Origin: Tubulanus polymorphus
Lineage: Eukaryota; Animalia; Nemertea
DNA: 64,000 nt
Direction: 5' to 3'
Assembly (NCBI RefSeq): GCF_964204645.1
Contig: NC_134025.1
Span: 13,888,001-13,952,000 of the forward strand
Under the pieces are notes generated by a model. It was not told where the DNA came from. It saw nothing but the letters and a program-made list of their open reading frames with translations, and did no database searches. Positions 11,841 to 24,337 of this stretch are shown here, piece after piece (position 1 is the stretch's first letter; each line of letters opens with the position of its first letter). The position numbers and the translations under genes are program-made.

Positions 11841-12250
11841 GCATTGCCTGCATTAAGTATTGGCGAGCCCTATTCCGTTTGTCATATCTGGACTTATCCA
11901 TCGAACTTCCATTTTTATTTTTCGTTGCTCTTAGATACTCTGTTTCTTTTCCTTTGTTTTAGTTTTATCTTGACTTATTTATAGTTTGTTGTTCTGTAAT
12001 CAATCATATATCTACTATCTCTCTTAGTAATAAATTATCATGTCACTCATCAATTTATTTGTATTTACCCTTCTCACTCAGTTTAGTTCTCTCTAATACA
12101 TGTCAGTATAATAATACATAAATACTGTTGTTTTTTCCATTGACTATACTCATTCACCTGATGAAGCTTCTATACAATAGTAGCGAAAGCTTGTGCGTCA
12201 AATAAAAAGTTTACCTATATAGTACTACTCCTCTCCTTATTTAGATTATC
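11841..12250 (+). mobile_element. 3' continuation (pLTR/3' UTR) of the PLE interrupted by ISL2EU
   Basis: Follows the right AT TSD; contains a hammerhead motif then AATAAA. Confidence 0.6.
12154..12195 (+). ncRNA. Minimal type I hammerhead ribozyme (PLE-associated)
   Basis: cac-CTGATGA-agcttcta/tagtagc stem II-GAAA-gctt (palindromic aagctt stem III)-gtg. Confidence 0.75.
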
Positions 12251-12604
12251 ATCAGTCATTCTATGCAGCGTGTTAGTTACATCATCTATTGAAATGGGGG
12301 CTGAACACGCATGAATGGGCATATATGCTGTAAAATATGCCCTCTGCTCTGGTTATTGCTACTGATTGTATCTCTCTTAAATGAAATGCTGCTCATTTTA
12401 AATGAAAAAGCAAGACCAAAAGAACAAAATAAAACAAATTTGATGGTGATTTCTCTTCTAGTTTTGGTTTTATGTATCTCGGCCTAGCAGGCAGAATTTT
12501 AAAAATTTTACATTTTTCATATACCAATGTCGATTGAACGACAATGAACATTTGAAATGGAGACTAGATGTCCTAGAATGAAGCAAAAGCTATTCAAATC
12601 TTAC

Positions 12605-12728
12605 CCGATAAGAGCTAACCGCGGTTTTACATAATGTGTAGCATGGGATAATCCAAGTGGAAACACGGCTCTGCTGTTTAAATCGATGTTGACAACTGTT
12701 GGAGGAAGCTGCTTTGTTGAAGTGGAGT
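12605..12728 (-). CDS. COQ6: COQ6 coding exon (last seen in window)
   Basis: AG|(D)STSTKQLPPTVVNIDLNSRAVFPLGLSHATHYVKPRLALIG|GTAAGA; 124 nt. Ends just before the expected DAAH motif, whose exon was not found in the window. Confidence 0.93.
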
Positions 12729-12857
12729 CTATTTTGATTCCCATTAATGAAAAATGTAAAACGAAGAAAATATATACACAAATAACACATAAACAATGAA
12801 TGTATGTGAACGTATGTACAAATCAAATTGCATTGTTCATTCAAATTATTAACATAC

Positions 12858-12936
12858 CTGGGATGAAAGTTGACAGAAACTGCCCAAACCACTGTCCAGC
12901 ATTTACAGCCAAATTATCTTTTTCCTTGTTATCCCA
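12858..12936 (-). CDS. COQ6: COQ6 coding exon
   Basis: TTTGCAG|WDNKEKDNLAVNAGQWFGQFLSTFIP+g|GTATGT; 79 nt, phase 0-1, in frame with both neighbouring exons. Confidence 0.85.
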
Positions 12937-13274
12937 CTGCAAACAATACATGTGTAATAAATCATTACAACATTGTAAGAATCTTTATATCAAAAATGAT
13001 TATCAGTTTCAAAGTAGGCCAAGTCAAGTTGCTTTATTCATACCAGGTTAATTTACATATTCATATCCAGCACGCAACATGAATTGAATGAAACTATGGT
13101 GAGACCAGAAACTGAGTATTTCTGACAATAGCCAAATAATTTTTAGGAAGAAGCACCATTTTTGAAAATGTGCAAAAAGATTTAACCCTTTCAGTACTGG
13201 CCATTTTACATGGTATAATACTGAGATGATTTTTTGGGTGAAACCAGTGTCTCCAGTTAACTAAGCATTATCAA

Positions 13275-13455
13275 ATTTCCCTCAAAAACTTGAAAAATGT
13301 GTAAAAATTGCTGCCGCGAACAACAATGGCTGCCAGTTGGCCATCTTGAATCTGACAGGGCTAGTTTTCGGGCTGAAGGTGTGTCTAGGGTAGATACATA
13401 TGTGTAATCCAAATATAAAGATGATATAAAAATGATCAACAATTTTTTGAAATTG
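13275..13455 (+). repeat. Fragment of dispersed Helentron-associated repeat family
   Basis: caatggctgccag..ggccatcttg..gtgtctagggtagatacat, shared with about 36440-36540 and 40745-40890. Confidence 0.7.
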
Positions 13456-13990
13456 AGGTTTGAGACTCATCTGTTTGATAACTGGACATTTAGATTCAGT
13501 GCAATTGAGAACTGTCATGGATATTGAATAATCTAATTTAACAGCCACAGCCCATTATATGCCTGCATTACTAATACTGATGTTTTAGATTTTGTAAATA
13601 TTTTTGCTCCAGGATGTTCATAGACATCTGTTCCATCTTTTTGAAGACTTGAGACTTTTTCATAAACCTTCAATACAGTGTAAAATGGATTAAAATCGAT
13701 GTTTTAGTTCTGCCCATGTTTGCTGGGCCTATTAAGTCCAATATCAGGTCAAGGTCAGAATAATGATAATAATCATGGGGCCAAAGGGATCAAGCTGATG
13801 TTTACCACTTGTACTCAAAGCATTGAGGATCCACTCAACAAGTGACTCCTCAATTAAAACCAAAGACCAGTCTAGAAAATTCTAGTGCTACAAAGACATG
13901 GTTTAAACTAGGCAGCAGTAGATAAAGAAGTTCTTTAATTTCCTAGAGAATTTAACGATTGATTGTCCAATGAAATATGAATGTACATAC

Positions 13991-14098
13991 ATAGGCATTG
14001 TTTACAGCATCAACAAAACTGTCACTCTTGAGGGACATTAATACTTTAGCTTGTTCCCTTGTTGTCGACCAAATAAGATTACTTCTTGTTTCAGAGAG
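13991..14098 (-). CDS. COQ6: COQ6 coding exon
   Basis: TTGCAG|LSETRSNLIWSTTREQAKVLMSLKSDSFVDAVNNAY|GTATGT; 108 nt. Confidence 0.92.
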
Positions 14099-15514
14099 CT
14101 GCAATAAAAAATAAAAGACCAATGATCTTGTACTCACCTGACCAAACATAAACTACATAAATTTAGACTTGTCCTACACAAGTTTAGACTGTGATCTTGA
14201 GGTTTACGGATTAGACGTTGGTCTTATTGTTAGGGCGGGTGGCAAGAGGAAAGAGGAAGATCAATATACACATTGCCTTTAGGGCTTTCTAAGGAACAAT
14301 CAAAATCAAACTACAAGTGCAAATGTTTCAATAAGATTCACATTTATTCACATCAGATAATAACATTCATATCAACAACGATCAATATGATAATAGGCTA
14401 GGCCTAATCATACCAGAAGTTTGTAAGTTGAAAGCTATTTTGGAAATAATTGAGAATTTTCTTCTTTGATGAATCTTTCCATTCTCGGTGTATCTGTAAG
14501 GGCAAAAAAATTGTTACCTTCTTCGTTATTTATAAAGGAAAATTGTATGCTCAAAAGTGACCCGGCAGGCAGCATTTTATTTTTATTTTTTCCATAAAAA
14601 AGTTTGAAATTTGACATATTTCCATCAGGCTGGCCTTTTTTTATTTTTATTTGAAAAAAGTTTCCCCTAAAAAAATTTAGAATGAAAAAAATAAAAAGTA
14701 CAGGATATGGTTTTCAGAAGTTCCTTCTATCTGTCAAATATCATTCTAATAGGCCTATAGGTCAGTTTGATTGCCAGATGTCGGATCATTCATGCGTACC
14801 TACCTGTTTTTCCCAATTTTCGAGGGTACGTCAACTATTCAACTATTTTTTCTAAATAGCGAGAATGGAAACAATAACCAAGAGCCTTGTTTAGCTGCCA
14901 GGCCATGGATCATTCACCGTGGCTTTTTCTGCCGTGGCTACAAAGCGTTCTATGGAATAAGCTTTAGTAAATAGCAAAGAAAAACCATTAGAATGGGAAG
15001 TTATTTTCATTCCATGAAAATACTAATTAAGTGCTATGATTTAAGAATCTAAAAGTAAATGAAACTATAATTCTCGAAATCCATGACAAGAATCATTATC
15101 ATCAGCATGAATAAGATACAAATTACAAGAGTTCAAATTAGATTTGTTCGTTTGGGCCCCCTTTGCTAACAGAAGTGCACACAATCATTGATGCACATGG
15201 AGTGGACTAGTCTGAATGCCAGTCTACGTTATGCGTTCCATAACAAGGGCTTGATACTAGACAAGGAGTGTTGTAGTAGGTTCTAGTCCCGCCTCACGCT
15301 ATTCGGCATCTGATTTTAAACAAGTAAAATTGTTTCCATTTACTACTTATATTGACCGGCCAGCCGGTTTTTATTTTCATCATAAAAAGAAGAAGGTAGC
15401 CTGGGGGCAATTCACTCGAGTGGGAAATCTATGTTAGCGCTTGGCAACAACCAGTTTCAGATTCAAGATACCATGACGAGTCAGAAAAACCATGTTGCCA
15501 TTTTTTCTATTGTT

Positions 15515-15655
15515 TTCTTCGACAATGCTTCAGATTGTTGGTTTGGCGAAGGATATTTCTTCGACAATGCTTCCGATTGCCAGATTGTCGAAAGAAATTT
15601 CCTCGACAATGCTTCTGATTGTCGGATTGCCAAAAGAAATGTCTTTGACAATGGC
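15515..15655. repeat. 42-bp subterminal tandem repeats (~3.3 copies) of the Academ element
   Basis: ttcYtcgacaatgcttcNgattg... at 15515, 15557, 15599 and partial at 15641. Confidence 0.8.
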
Positions 15656-15789
15656 CTTGGCTTATTAATCTGTGCTGTTATTCGCCGCCTGAACTACTTA
15701 ACCAGAAAACGGAGTTGAGCTGATTTTTCCGAAAAGAAAGCCCAAGGTAATTATACCAGTAAGAAATGTGACCACGGGCTAAAAAAATT

Positions 15790-18730
15790 CAGTGTTTGAC
15801 AAGTGTGCCACAATATTGAGGTCTGATATAATGAATATATTTCAGCTAGTGAAAACCGAATATAATGGTGATTTATTGGAATTAGCAAAGCAACAAAACG
15901 GTCGTATTCCAGAATCACTTATGTCGTTTTGTGTTCACTAGTCCAGGGAAACGATAACAAAATGAGCACAGATGAGAGGCAGCTCTAAGCAATCTGACGC
16001 ATATTGCCAGACTTGTGATGAATGAAGCAAAATAAGATGAGGTACCTAAACTGAGGTACTAAAACTGAAACTCCAGGTGGATTTAAAAGGTTCCTTAACA
16101 AAGAGAATGTTCAATCGCTTGCAGTTGGTATCAAAGTACATATGCTGACGAGAAGCAAACGTCTAATACAGTTTATCCATTCATTTGGTCTAAGTGTGGA
16201 TTACGCTGGATTTTAAAGGATAGAAACACAGCTAGCAGAGTCTATCATTAATGCATTCAGCAGAGACAAGATTTACATCCCTAATTGGAAAGAAAAAGGT
16301 TCACCAATATTTTTTGCAATTGATAATATTGACTTCCTAGAAGATACAGCTGATGGAAAAGGGACCTATCATGGCATCGTAACTGTGGTCTTTCAACCAG
16401 CCGGTAACCATTCTTTCAAGTCACTGCCACTAGTAAAATTATCAGGCAAGCGATCACTTACAATACCAACTACCTTAACCAGCATTGACCGGACAGTGAA
16501 CTGTACACGCGCACGGAAATCTACTGAATTTATCAGCTATTCACCCAATACCGAGGACCAAACCACTGAATGTCATATGGCAGATGATCGAGCGTGGTTG
16601 ATGGCAAAGTCTGTGAAAAAATGCTATTCCAACTTGGTCTGCCAACCACTCAAAACTAAACGAAAAAGATAAAGATCCAAAGTGCACAGTTCACAAGCTC
16701 TTCCATTAGGGAAAGCTCCAGCTCATGAGATGAATACTTTGATATCAGTTTTGAAATGTGCCCAGGGTGTAAGTGCTGAGGTTTTTGGACCGGAGCATAA
16801 AGTAGTAATCCCTTTTGACATGGATTTGTACACAAGAGCCTCCAGTCTTCAAGACTCGTCCAAGGAAATGGGCATGTTTATATTTCGAGTTGGTGAACTG
16901 CATACTGTAATGTGTGCTATTAGAGCCATCGGTGCTTTGATTGATGGGAGTGGCATTGATAATCTCTGGGACTCTACTCATCAACCATAGTTACAAACAT
17001 ACTGGCTGGAAAGAACATGAAGAGATCTCTCAGAGCCCACGAAATCACCTTGCAAGCTTGCAAGTTGTAGCATCATCAAATCCAGATCTGAAATTGTTGG
17101 TAACAGCAGCAGTTAACGAGCTTCAAAACGCATTAAGCAATAGGCCTACATGTGAAATAAGAAAGTCTCACGAGGTAATGTGTGAGCAAGCACTAAAAAT
17201 TGATTCGGAGAGGAATGCAGTCCAGCCAAACAAATGCTAAAATGGCTTCCCATGTATATGATTGCTGTGATAGATCTCCTGCTGTTCATAAAAGCAACTA
17301 GAAGTCGGGATAGGAATGTGCTCTTGATAGCTATGGAGCGGCAATGCATTTACTTCTTTGGGATGGACAGACTTAAATACGCCCAGCACGTTCCCGGATA
17401 AAGAGCTTAAAAAGGCTAGAGATAACAGACCCTGTGATATGGAAGTTCTTACAGGGGGAGATTTCTGTGAAAAAAATCTAATGTGCCATTCTGCCTACTT
17501 GGTGTGGATCATGCCTTGGAGCGAGAAAATAGGAAGTTGAAAGTGTTTGGTGGAATACGAGGAATAACACAAAGAGAAGATGCTCTAACAAGGTTTTTTC
17601 TGAATCGCGCCAGACCTCGTTTGTCTAAGCCAGGAAGCCGACAGCATCGCATGTCATTTGACAAATTCTGTACTAAACATACACCATGAATCTTCAAGTA
17701 GGATAGCTCAACGAGAGAATGCTGCAGTAAATACACTCCGTGAAGTTCTTGCAAACAGCATCACAGCAGAAGCAACTGACCACCTGTACAACATTTATTC
17801 AAAGGTGGTCATTCCAGTTGAAATTCAAGAAGGTATACCATCTCTCAGGACGACAGCATCTGCAGCATTGAAAAATTATGTCGAGGAAAAGATTAAGACT
17901 GGTAACATCTGGGCAAAGATGAAAAGACTAAATCTCAAAATGTGGAGTGACATGAAAAAGACAAAAAGTTGGCTGTTAAAGATGAAGTAGTTGAACTAAA
18001 AGAAGACCGGTCCCTTATGACAAGACTATTCATTGCTGCACAAGCCAGGGAAGAAGTAGACATTGCAAGCATAGTTGGAAAATATGAAATGTCAGTTGTG
18101 TGTAAATCACTCTTTGCCCAAAATGGGTTGCTTCTTTTGTGTTCAGATAAGGCTGTGACAATGCATAAACTAGAAGAAATGGCACCTCGAAGAGAAGAAA
18201 CATCTTCAATAAACGCAGTCAAGTCAGTTAATAATTGACGAGATGGTCATTGTGCAAGAGCTTGGAACAACCGAGTTCAATACTTGTCTTGATGTTTAAA
18301 ATTCTACATTAACATCGTTCAGTCAAGATCCAGAGACTATGATGACTATAATATTTGATAGATACTTTGATAGATCATCAAAGGGAAACGCAAGGTCGAA
18401 GCAGGGAAACACTTTCCATGTTAAATTTGTGCACAGATGGCACACCAGTTGTCAAACTCAGGGAGTTCATTCAAAACGAAGAGAAGCCCGGCAGATTACA
18501 TGGCTCACAAAATAGTATCGTCAACCTCAGACCATCGTCTTGTTTCTTCTAGTGAAAAGGATACAGCATCAAATTTCAGAGATGTGTCAGATTATGACAA
18601 TATACACGAGGAAGCTGACAATATTATGATATGGCATGGGGTTAAACTTGCAGCGGAGAATAATGGGCTTGTGACTATCACAAATATGACACCAGATAGT
18701 GATGTGTTCATCATTGCCCTGTATATCTTT
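15790..18730 (+). pseudogene. Academ transposase with XPG/FEN1-like nuclease region (frameshifted)
   Basis: FAIDNIDFLEDTADGKGTYHG, FDMDLY, FRVGELHTVM, GSGIDNLW, DHALERENRKLKVFGGIRGIT, then IDEMVIVQ, FDRY, HEEAD, DSDVFII. Confidence 0.8.
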
Positions 18731-20435
18731 TATTACTGCATTGAATATTTCAAACGATCGGAAGAGAAAGTAAGCCTCGTTTGGAAGTTTTTTGTACCAA
18801 AGAAAAAAAATTTCATATGCGATAACAAAATGGACTTCGTTAACTCTTTCCATGCGTAACGTCCTATATTCCGATCGCTAGATCTTGCGCGATCAATTTT
18901 AGCCATTATTTAAATCTCGTGATTAAGCATTTCTGAGGGCTCAGCTCAATAAAACGTTATAAGACTATATATTTTCTATTTCAGGATGACTTACTCTATC
19001 TAGAAATCTATACTTGAAAAACTTTTCTCCTCAGGGGTGTGATGGGGGGGACCAAAAAGGTGTCACAATGTGTTCGATCGTACAAAATGGGCAGTTTTCT
19101 TTCCCAGTAATTGGCCATGTGATAATAGAAAGCAGGCACAAACTGATCTTGGATGCCCATTTTATTGAACATACTGTTCCTGGTTCTTGAAACAAGTTTT
19201 GGGCCCCTGGGGTCACAATGATGGTCAAAATCTCAAGGTCAATGAGAGGTCAAAAATAAATTCCAAATTTTCATAAATCTTTTCTTTTCAGTCATTATCT
19301 GTTTTCAAGTCTCCTCCTTTACTGATTATCCTCTCCTGAGCTGAAATAAAGTGTTCCTCGTTGTGTTGATGAATACTGGGGGTGTTTGTGACCCCCCAAA
19401 AAATCAGGGGGTCAGACAGCCCCTGAAATTTATGATCTTGTCTGTGTTACTGAAACCAGACCACCAATAACTGGGGGAAGATGACATGGCTTTCTATTTC
19501 AAAACAACTGCGATCTCAATCATTACTATCTGCAGTTGCTATCTGGGAGTTATTGTTAGTTGTTATTGTAAAAGCCTGATACTGGACTTGAACTTGATAG
19601 AGCACGTGTACATACATCATCACCACCCGGCTAGTACTAAGCGACTCATCGCTGCTATTATTCGTAGCAAGTGCCGCCAATCAATACACAAGCACGTGTG
19701 TAGTGTTGCTAAAGGCAGCCAGTAATACGGAGTGCAGCGCTTGATATGTATGCCATCTACATACCTTATAAAGAACTTTTGTGTGGTTAGCACACCCCCC
19801 GCCCACTTGAACTGAACACCCGCACGAAAAGAGTTAAAGCGAAAATCCATAGAAATGGCAAATTTTTTTCCTGACTAGTCATGGTATCTTGAATCTGAAA
19901 CTGGTTGTTGCCAAGATCTTACATAGATATCCTACTCGAGTGAATTGCCCCCAGACTAAGGTATTAACTCTAGGCCCGGCGGGCAGCATTTTATTTTTAC
20001 GATTTTTACCATTAATTTATCTGACTCGGCCGGGGAATGAGAAACAAGGTATCATTTTTTTGGCCTCAAACAAACTTTAGAATCAATAAAGAGAAAACTG
20101 AATTGCATTGGTCAATCACACTGATTGATGACATTCATATTCCTAAAAAATCTTACCTTCAATGAGCAGAAATAAGATGTTAATACACCCCCACGAATAT
20201 AGCAGGACGTATGCGCAGTATTGCAAGCGGTCTGTAGTGTATCGAGATCCATTAGGACATTCTCAAATGTAATTCAAGAAACCCAAAACTATTGACATTG
20301 CGACTAAAGTATGAATAAAATTTCACCTTGTCCAATTGATCCAGTGTTTGGCGTGTTCCATCCACACTTTGATTTTGGAAATGTTAACATAGTGATAACA
20401 TAATTCTTGGATCTATCTAAGAAACAACAGTTTAA

Positions 20436-23400
20436 AGAGTAACTACCATGTAAAATCAAAGTCGCGATTTTTACTCTAAAATAGTTTAAGATGGTATAAA
20501 AACAATATTCGAAATAAAGCAGTGTAAAAAATTTTTTGTCGCTTAAAAATTCAACTCTTAAACCCCAAAGAAATTATATGACAATACCATCTTATCGAAA
20601 ACTTCTCAAGAGGAAAATGAGGTCACCGGTTGTGTTCATTTTGGAGCGGTAGCTATTGTTAGTATTGAATAGCATTGCTTTTCTTTTGTCATTTGCTCTT
20701 TAACGCGTGATATTCGGGATTTCAATATAAGTGAACCACCAAATAAGAAGGTAAAGAAAAAGCACCTTGTGGCCAATGTTGTTCTGTTTGGGGGTGTAGT
20801 AAAAGTAGAGGGAAAGATGGTGTGGGTGTGTTTAGTTTTCAGAAACCGGACTCTGAACCAGAAAGGCAAGCAGAGTGGTATCCATCGTTAGACACACGAG
20901 TGCGAACTTTACATACCATCCAGCTTCCTCATTCATTTGTGTGGATCATTTTACTGATGACCAGATTGCAAACTTTACGAAAATTGAGATTTTAGCTGAA
21001 ACAAATCCCAATGATAATACACCCTGGAAATTGGTACCTGGAGCGGTACCCTCATTTCGAATCTACCCTCTCACCTGCGACCTGGAACAGACTGTGGACC
21101 AGCCTCATCACCACCTCGAAGTGTTTCTGGCTTGGAGTGTCTTGATATTCCAAGAAGACCAGCTGCCATTAAGAGGGAACGCAGAAGAGAAAGTTTAATG
21201 CTTTTTCTTATCATTTCTAAACAAGCACAAATAATCTATAAATTCTTTCTCAAAAATTAGATTTCTTATTATCTCAAATTGTAGGCCCTCATATTTTTAA
21301 TTTCTTAATTTCAGATAGTGAAAGCTATGTTACAGATGGACTCCTCATCTGGTCAGTCGTCGAATCAAATATTCACCAAAACTGATGATGTTGAAATGCT
21401 GTCAGAATCAGACCAGTTACCATCTGATATTTCACAAGCCTCTCAATTGCATCAGGTACAATGAATATTAATATCTTAATCATGTGTTCATAAAAACCCA
21501 CTGCAAATAATTGAATTCAAAATTGATTTAATTTTATATGCAATGATTTTTGATTCATAGCCTATGAGAACAGAACAGTTTAGACAAGCTAACTTAAGAC
21601 CAAAACACAGATCGGATGGAGTTCAATTTAAAGGGATAAGAAAGGTCGATTCCAGTACCCAGACGTCTGCACTTGTTTGTAATACTACCGGTACTTCAGC
21701 CGGTGAGTTTGAATGAAAAAAAATACTCTTATTTATGATGGTATTAATTAACTGTAGGCTTTCTATTGAGTTTTATTTGCACTTTGCAAAAAGAAGAGAT
21801 TTTTTGAAGATTCTCATTTGCTCTCTAAATTGTGAATTATTATATTCCAAGAATGCAATTGAAATTTTAGAATCAATTAATGTAACATTTTTTCAGGGAA
21901 GGTCCAGTGAAAGACATAATATTCATAATATTTGAAAACCAAATAATGGAACTTTTTGCTGTTTGTCCTGTTTGTTCATCAACAGCATCTAATTTCTTAA
22001 CCACAATGGGAACACTCCTCAAAGTTGAACAAAAGTGCACCAACACTGGTTGTTCATTCCACAGGTTAGACAGTTGTTCATACTTCCTTTTTTCAGTCCT
22101 CTGAGGTACTTGATGGGCCAATGTCATCAATGAAAAAAGTGTAGGTGCTAATTTTTTTTTTATTGGACTATATTTCATTCTTTCCAGAATTTGGTTTAGT
22201 CAGCCGTTCATCAGGAAAATTCCCGGTGGAAATCTGTTATCATTGGCGGCTATTCTGTTTCCTGGTGCCACAGCAGGCAAAGTTAAAAAAGTCATGAGAA
22301 ATCTTGGTTGTGCTGTGTTCCACCCAAACACCTTCAGACATCAGAATCAGTATCTGTGACCAGCCATCAAATTGTGCTGGAAGATTGAGCAAGCAGAAGT
22401 GGTTGAGGCTCTACAAAGGTCAGAGACCTCATTAGAACTTGGTGGTGATGGGCGATCAGATAGTCCAGGTCATTGCACCCAAATATGGAGCTTATTCAGT
22501 GCTTGCGAATGTAAACAAAATTTTGGATGTCCAGCTCGAACAGGTAAGAGAGAATTTACATGGGCTCAAAATTTTCTAAACCAATATGAAACTATTATGC
22601 TATTTAATTGGTTCTTATGAATGATTTTTATTGTACAGTCAACCTCGGTTAATCCGTATCACTAGGGACTGAGCTTTTTAGTACAGATTAAGTGATATAC
22701 GGATAACAGATAATTTGTAATTGATACGAATTGACTATTACCCGTATAAACTATGATTTAAGTAATCCGTATTAGAGCTGGTTTGGTTATCTCTCAAACC
22801 CTGGACGACTACTACAGTAGAACCACGTTCTAACGATCCGTTTGCCATTTTGGGGGGGGGATAGAAAGTTCATAGTATCCGATGGTTAGTTAGATCCATT
22901 TGATATCATTTATACATGAAAAGAAAACACCCCCTGGTGTGATGAAACACAAACCAACTGGTTTCAGTAGAGTAGGTCTATTTGAAGCCATTGTGTGTCT
23001 AGTACAGATAACCTACAGGCCATGTACTTGAAGGCAATTCATCAAAGGACTCTCGCTGATTGACAGATAATAGCATCTGTACTGAATATTTAGTGAAGCT
23101 TGAAACTATGAGATTGATGAATTAACTTCAGAGTTTCTCATATTTCCAACTGACCACATTAACCTCATTAGATTACAGATGTTTATACTTGTTTCACTTC
23201 AAGTGTATGTTCCCAACAGCTGATACAGTTGATACCGCTTACACATAAGGATTTACATATAAATTAGACAACGGGACCATGCATTTGTCTACAGAATAAG
23301 TGAAAATACGGATTATGGAGTATGAATTAGACACAGAATTTTAAAGGGAATAACGTAACTGAAAAATGGGACCAATTTATCTATATGGAATAAGCACTTA

Positions 23401-24190
23401 TACGATTTAAATGGAGACAGATTAACCGAGGTTGACTGTATTTATTCTAGTCAAACGAAGTGAAATCCAGTGTGCATATGGAGAAAGAGGGGCAAATCAG
23501 ATGTATTGAATATCTAAAGAGTGTCAACTTGCCAATTTCAAAAATTGTGACAGATCGACATGTCCAGATTATGAAGTAGGCTCGAAAAAATATACCTGAA
23601 ACAGATCATCGTTATGATGTATGGAATTTAGCAAAAAGTAAGTCTATTTATAAGTTCATTTGTGAGGTTATTGAATGCAATTTTAACCTTACTTGAAAGA
23701 ATAATGTCAACGTTGTTTCAAGGTAACTGGACAATAATTCATTGCCAATGTTTTAAATATTAGGTTTGAAGAAGGTTTTAACGAAAGCGTAAGAAAAGAA
23801 TTGCAAAATCTTAAACGAAAGGTGCAAGTCAATGATTAACCATCTCTATTGGTGCGCAGCAACAACGCCCGATGGTAATCCCGATCTTATGCTCACGAAA
23901 TGGATGTCGCTGGACAATCACGTGCATAATTAACATTCAGGACACAGTGAATTATTTCCAACCTGTGGTCACGGGAAGTTGTCTGCAAGAAGTCGTCTTT
24001 TGAAGAAATGGATAGAGCCAGGTACATAGCAAATGGATAAACGGATTTCGATGAAATTCAATAGGTTAGAGCTTTTATTACTGCTTTGAATGTTTTAAAA
24101 GTTACGAAGAGAAACTAAGCCTCGTTTGGAAGTTATTTTGTACCAAAGGAAGAAAGTTTCATATGCAATAACAAAATGGACTTCGCTAAA
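20436..24190 (+). mobile_element. THAP-containing Kolobok-type DNA transposon, multi-exon transposase, 3'-truncated
   Basis: THAP CSVWGC..ICVDHF..LVPGAVPS (~20780-21060); CPVC..C; GGDGRSDSPGH; exon 23451-23637 MEKEG..VTDRH..YDVWNLAK; exon 23764-24021 INHLYWCA..NHVHN..CGHG. Possible left end ttaa|agagtaacta at 20432. Confidence 0.78.
22636..23438. mobile_element. Tc1/mariner (pogo/Tigger-like) MITE inside a Kolobok intron
   Basis: ta|cagtcaacctcggttaatc ... gattaaccgaggttgactg|ta; TA TSD. Confidence 0.9.
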
Positions 24191-24204
24191 GCGAAAGTCC
24201 ATAA

Positions 24205-24270
24205 AAATAAGAAACTATTAGACTTATACACCGGAAAAATAAGAAACTATTAGACTTATACACCGGAAAA
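24205..24270. repeat. 33-bp tandem duplication
   Basis: aaaataagaaactattagacttatacaccggaa twice. Confidence 0.9.
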
Positions 24271-24337
24271 TACGCAAGGTATATTATCCCAACATGGAAA
24301 CATGCATCAGGGTTAAGGCAATTCATCACATACTCAC

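Larger units (their letters stand above)
15397..19958 (+). mobile_element. Academ DNA transposon (degenerate)
   Basis: ~110-bp TIRs tagcctgggggcaattcactcgagt.. / ..actcgagtgaattgcccccagacta; 3-bp TSD agg (15394-15396, 19959-19961). Confidence 0.88.
14500..20065. mobile_element. Harbinger-like MITE hosting the Academ insertion
   Basis: Imperfect TIR gggcaaaaaaattgttacctt / aaggtatcatttttttggcc; flanks taa / tca; cccggc(a/g)ggcagcatttt motif near both ends. Confidence 0.5.

Noticed and set aside
20327-20417. Exon-like minus-strand segment with AG/GT-like ends
   Set aside because: The translation does not resemble COQ6, and the flanking COQ6 exons already join without it.
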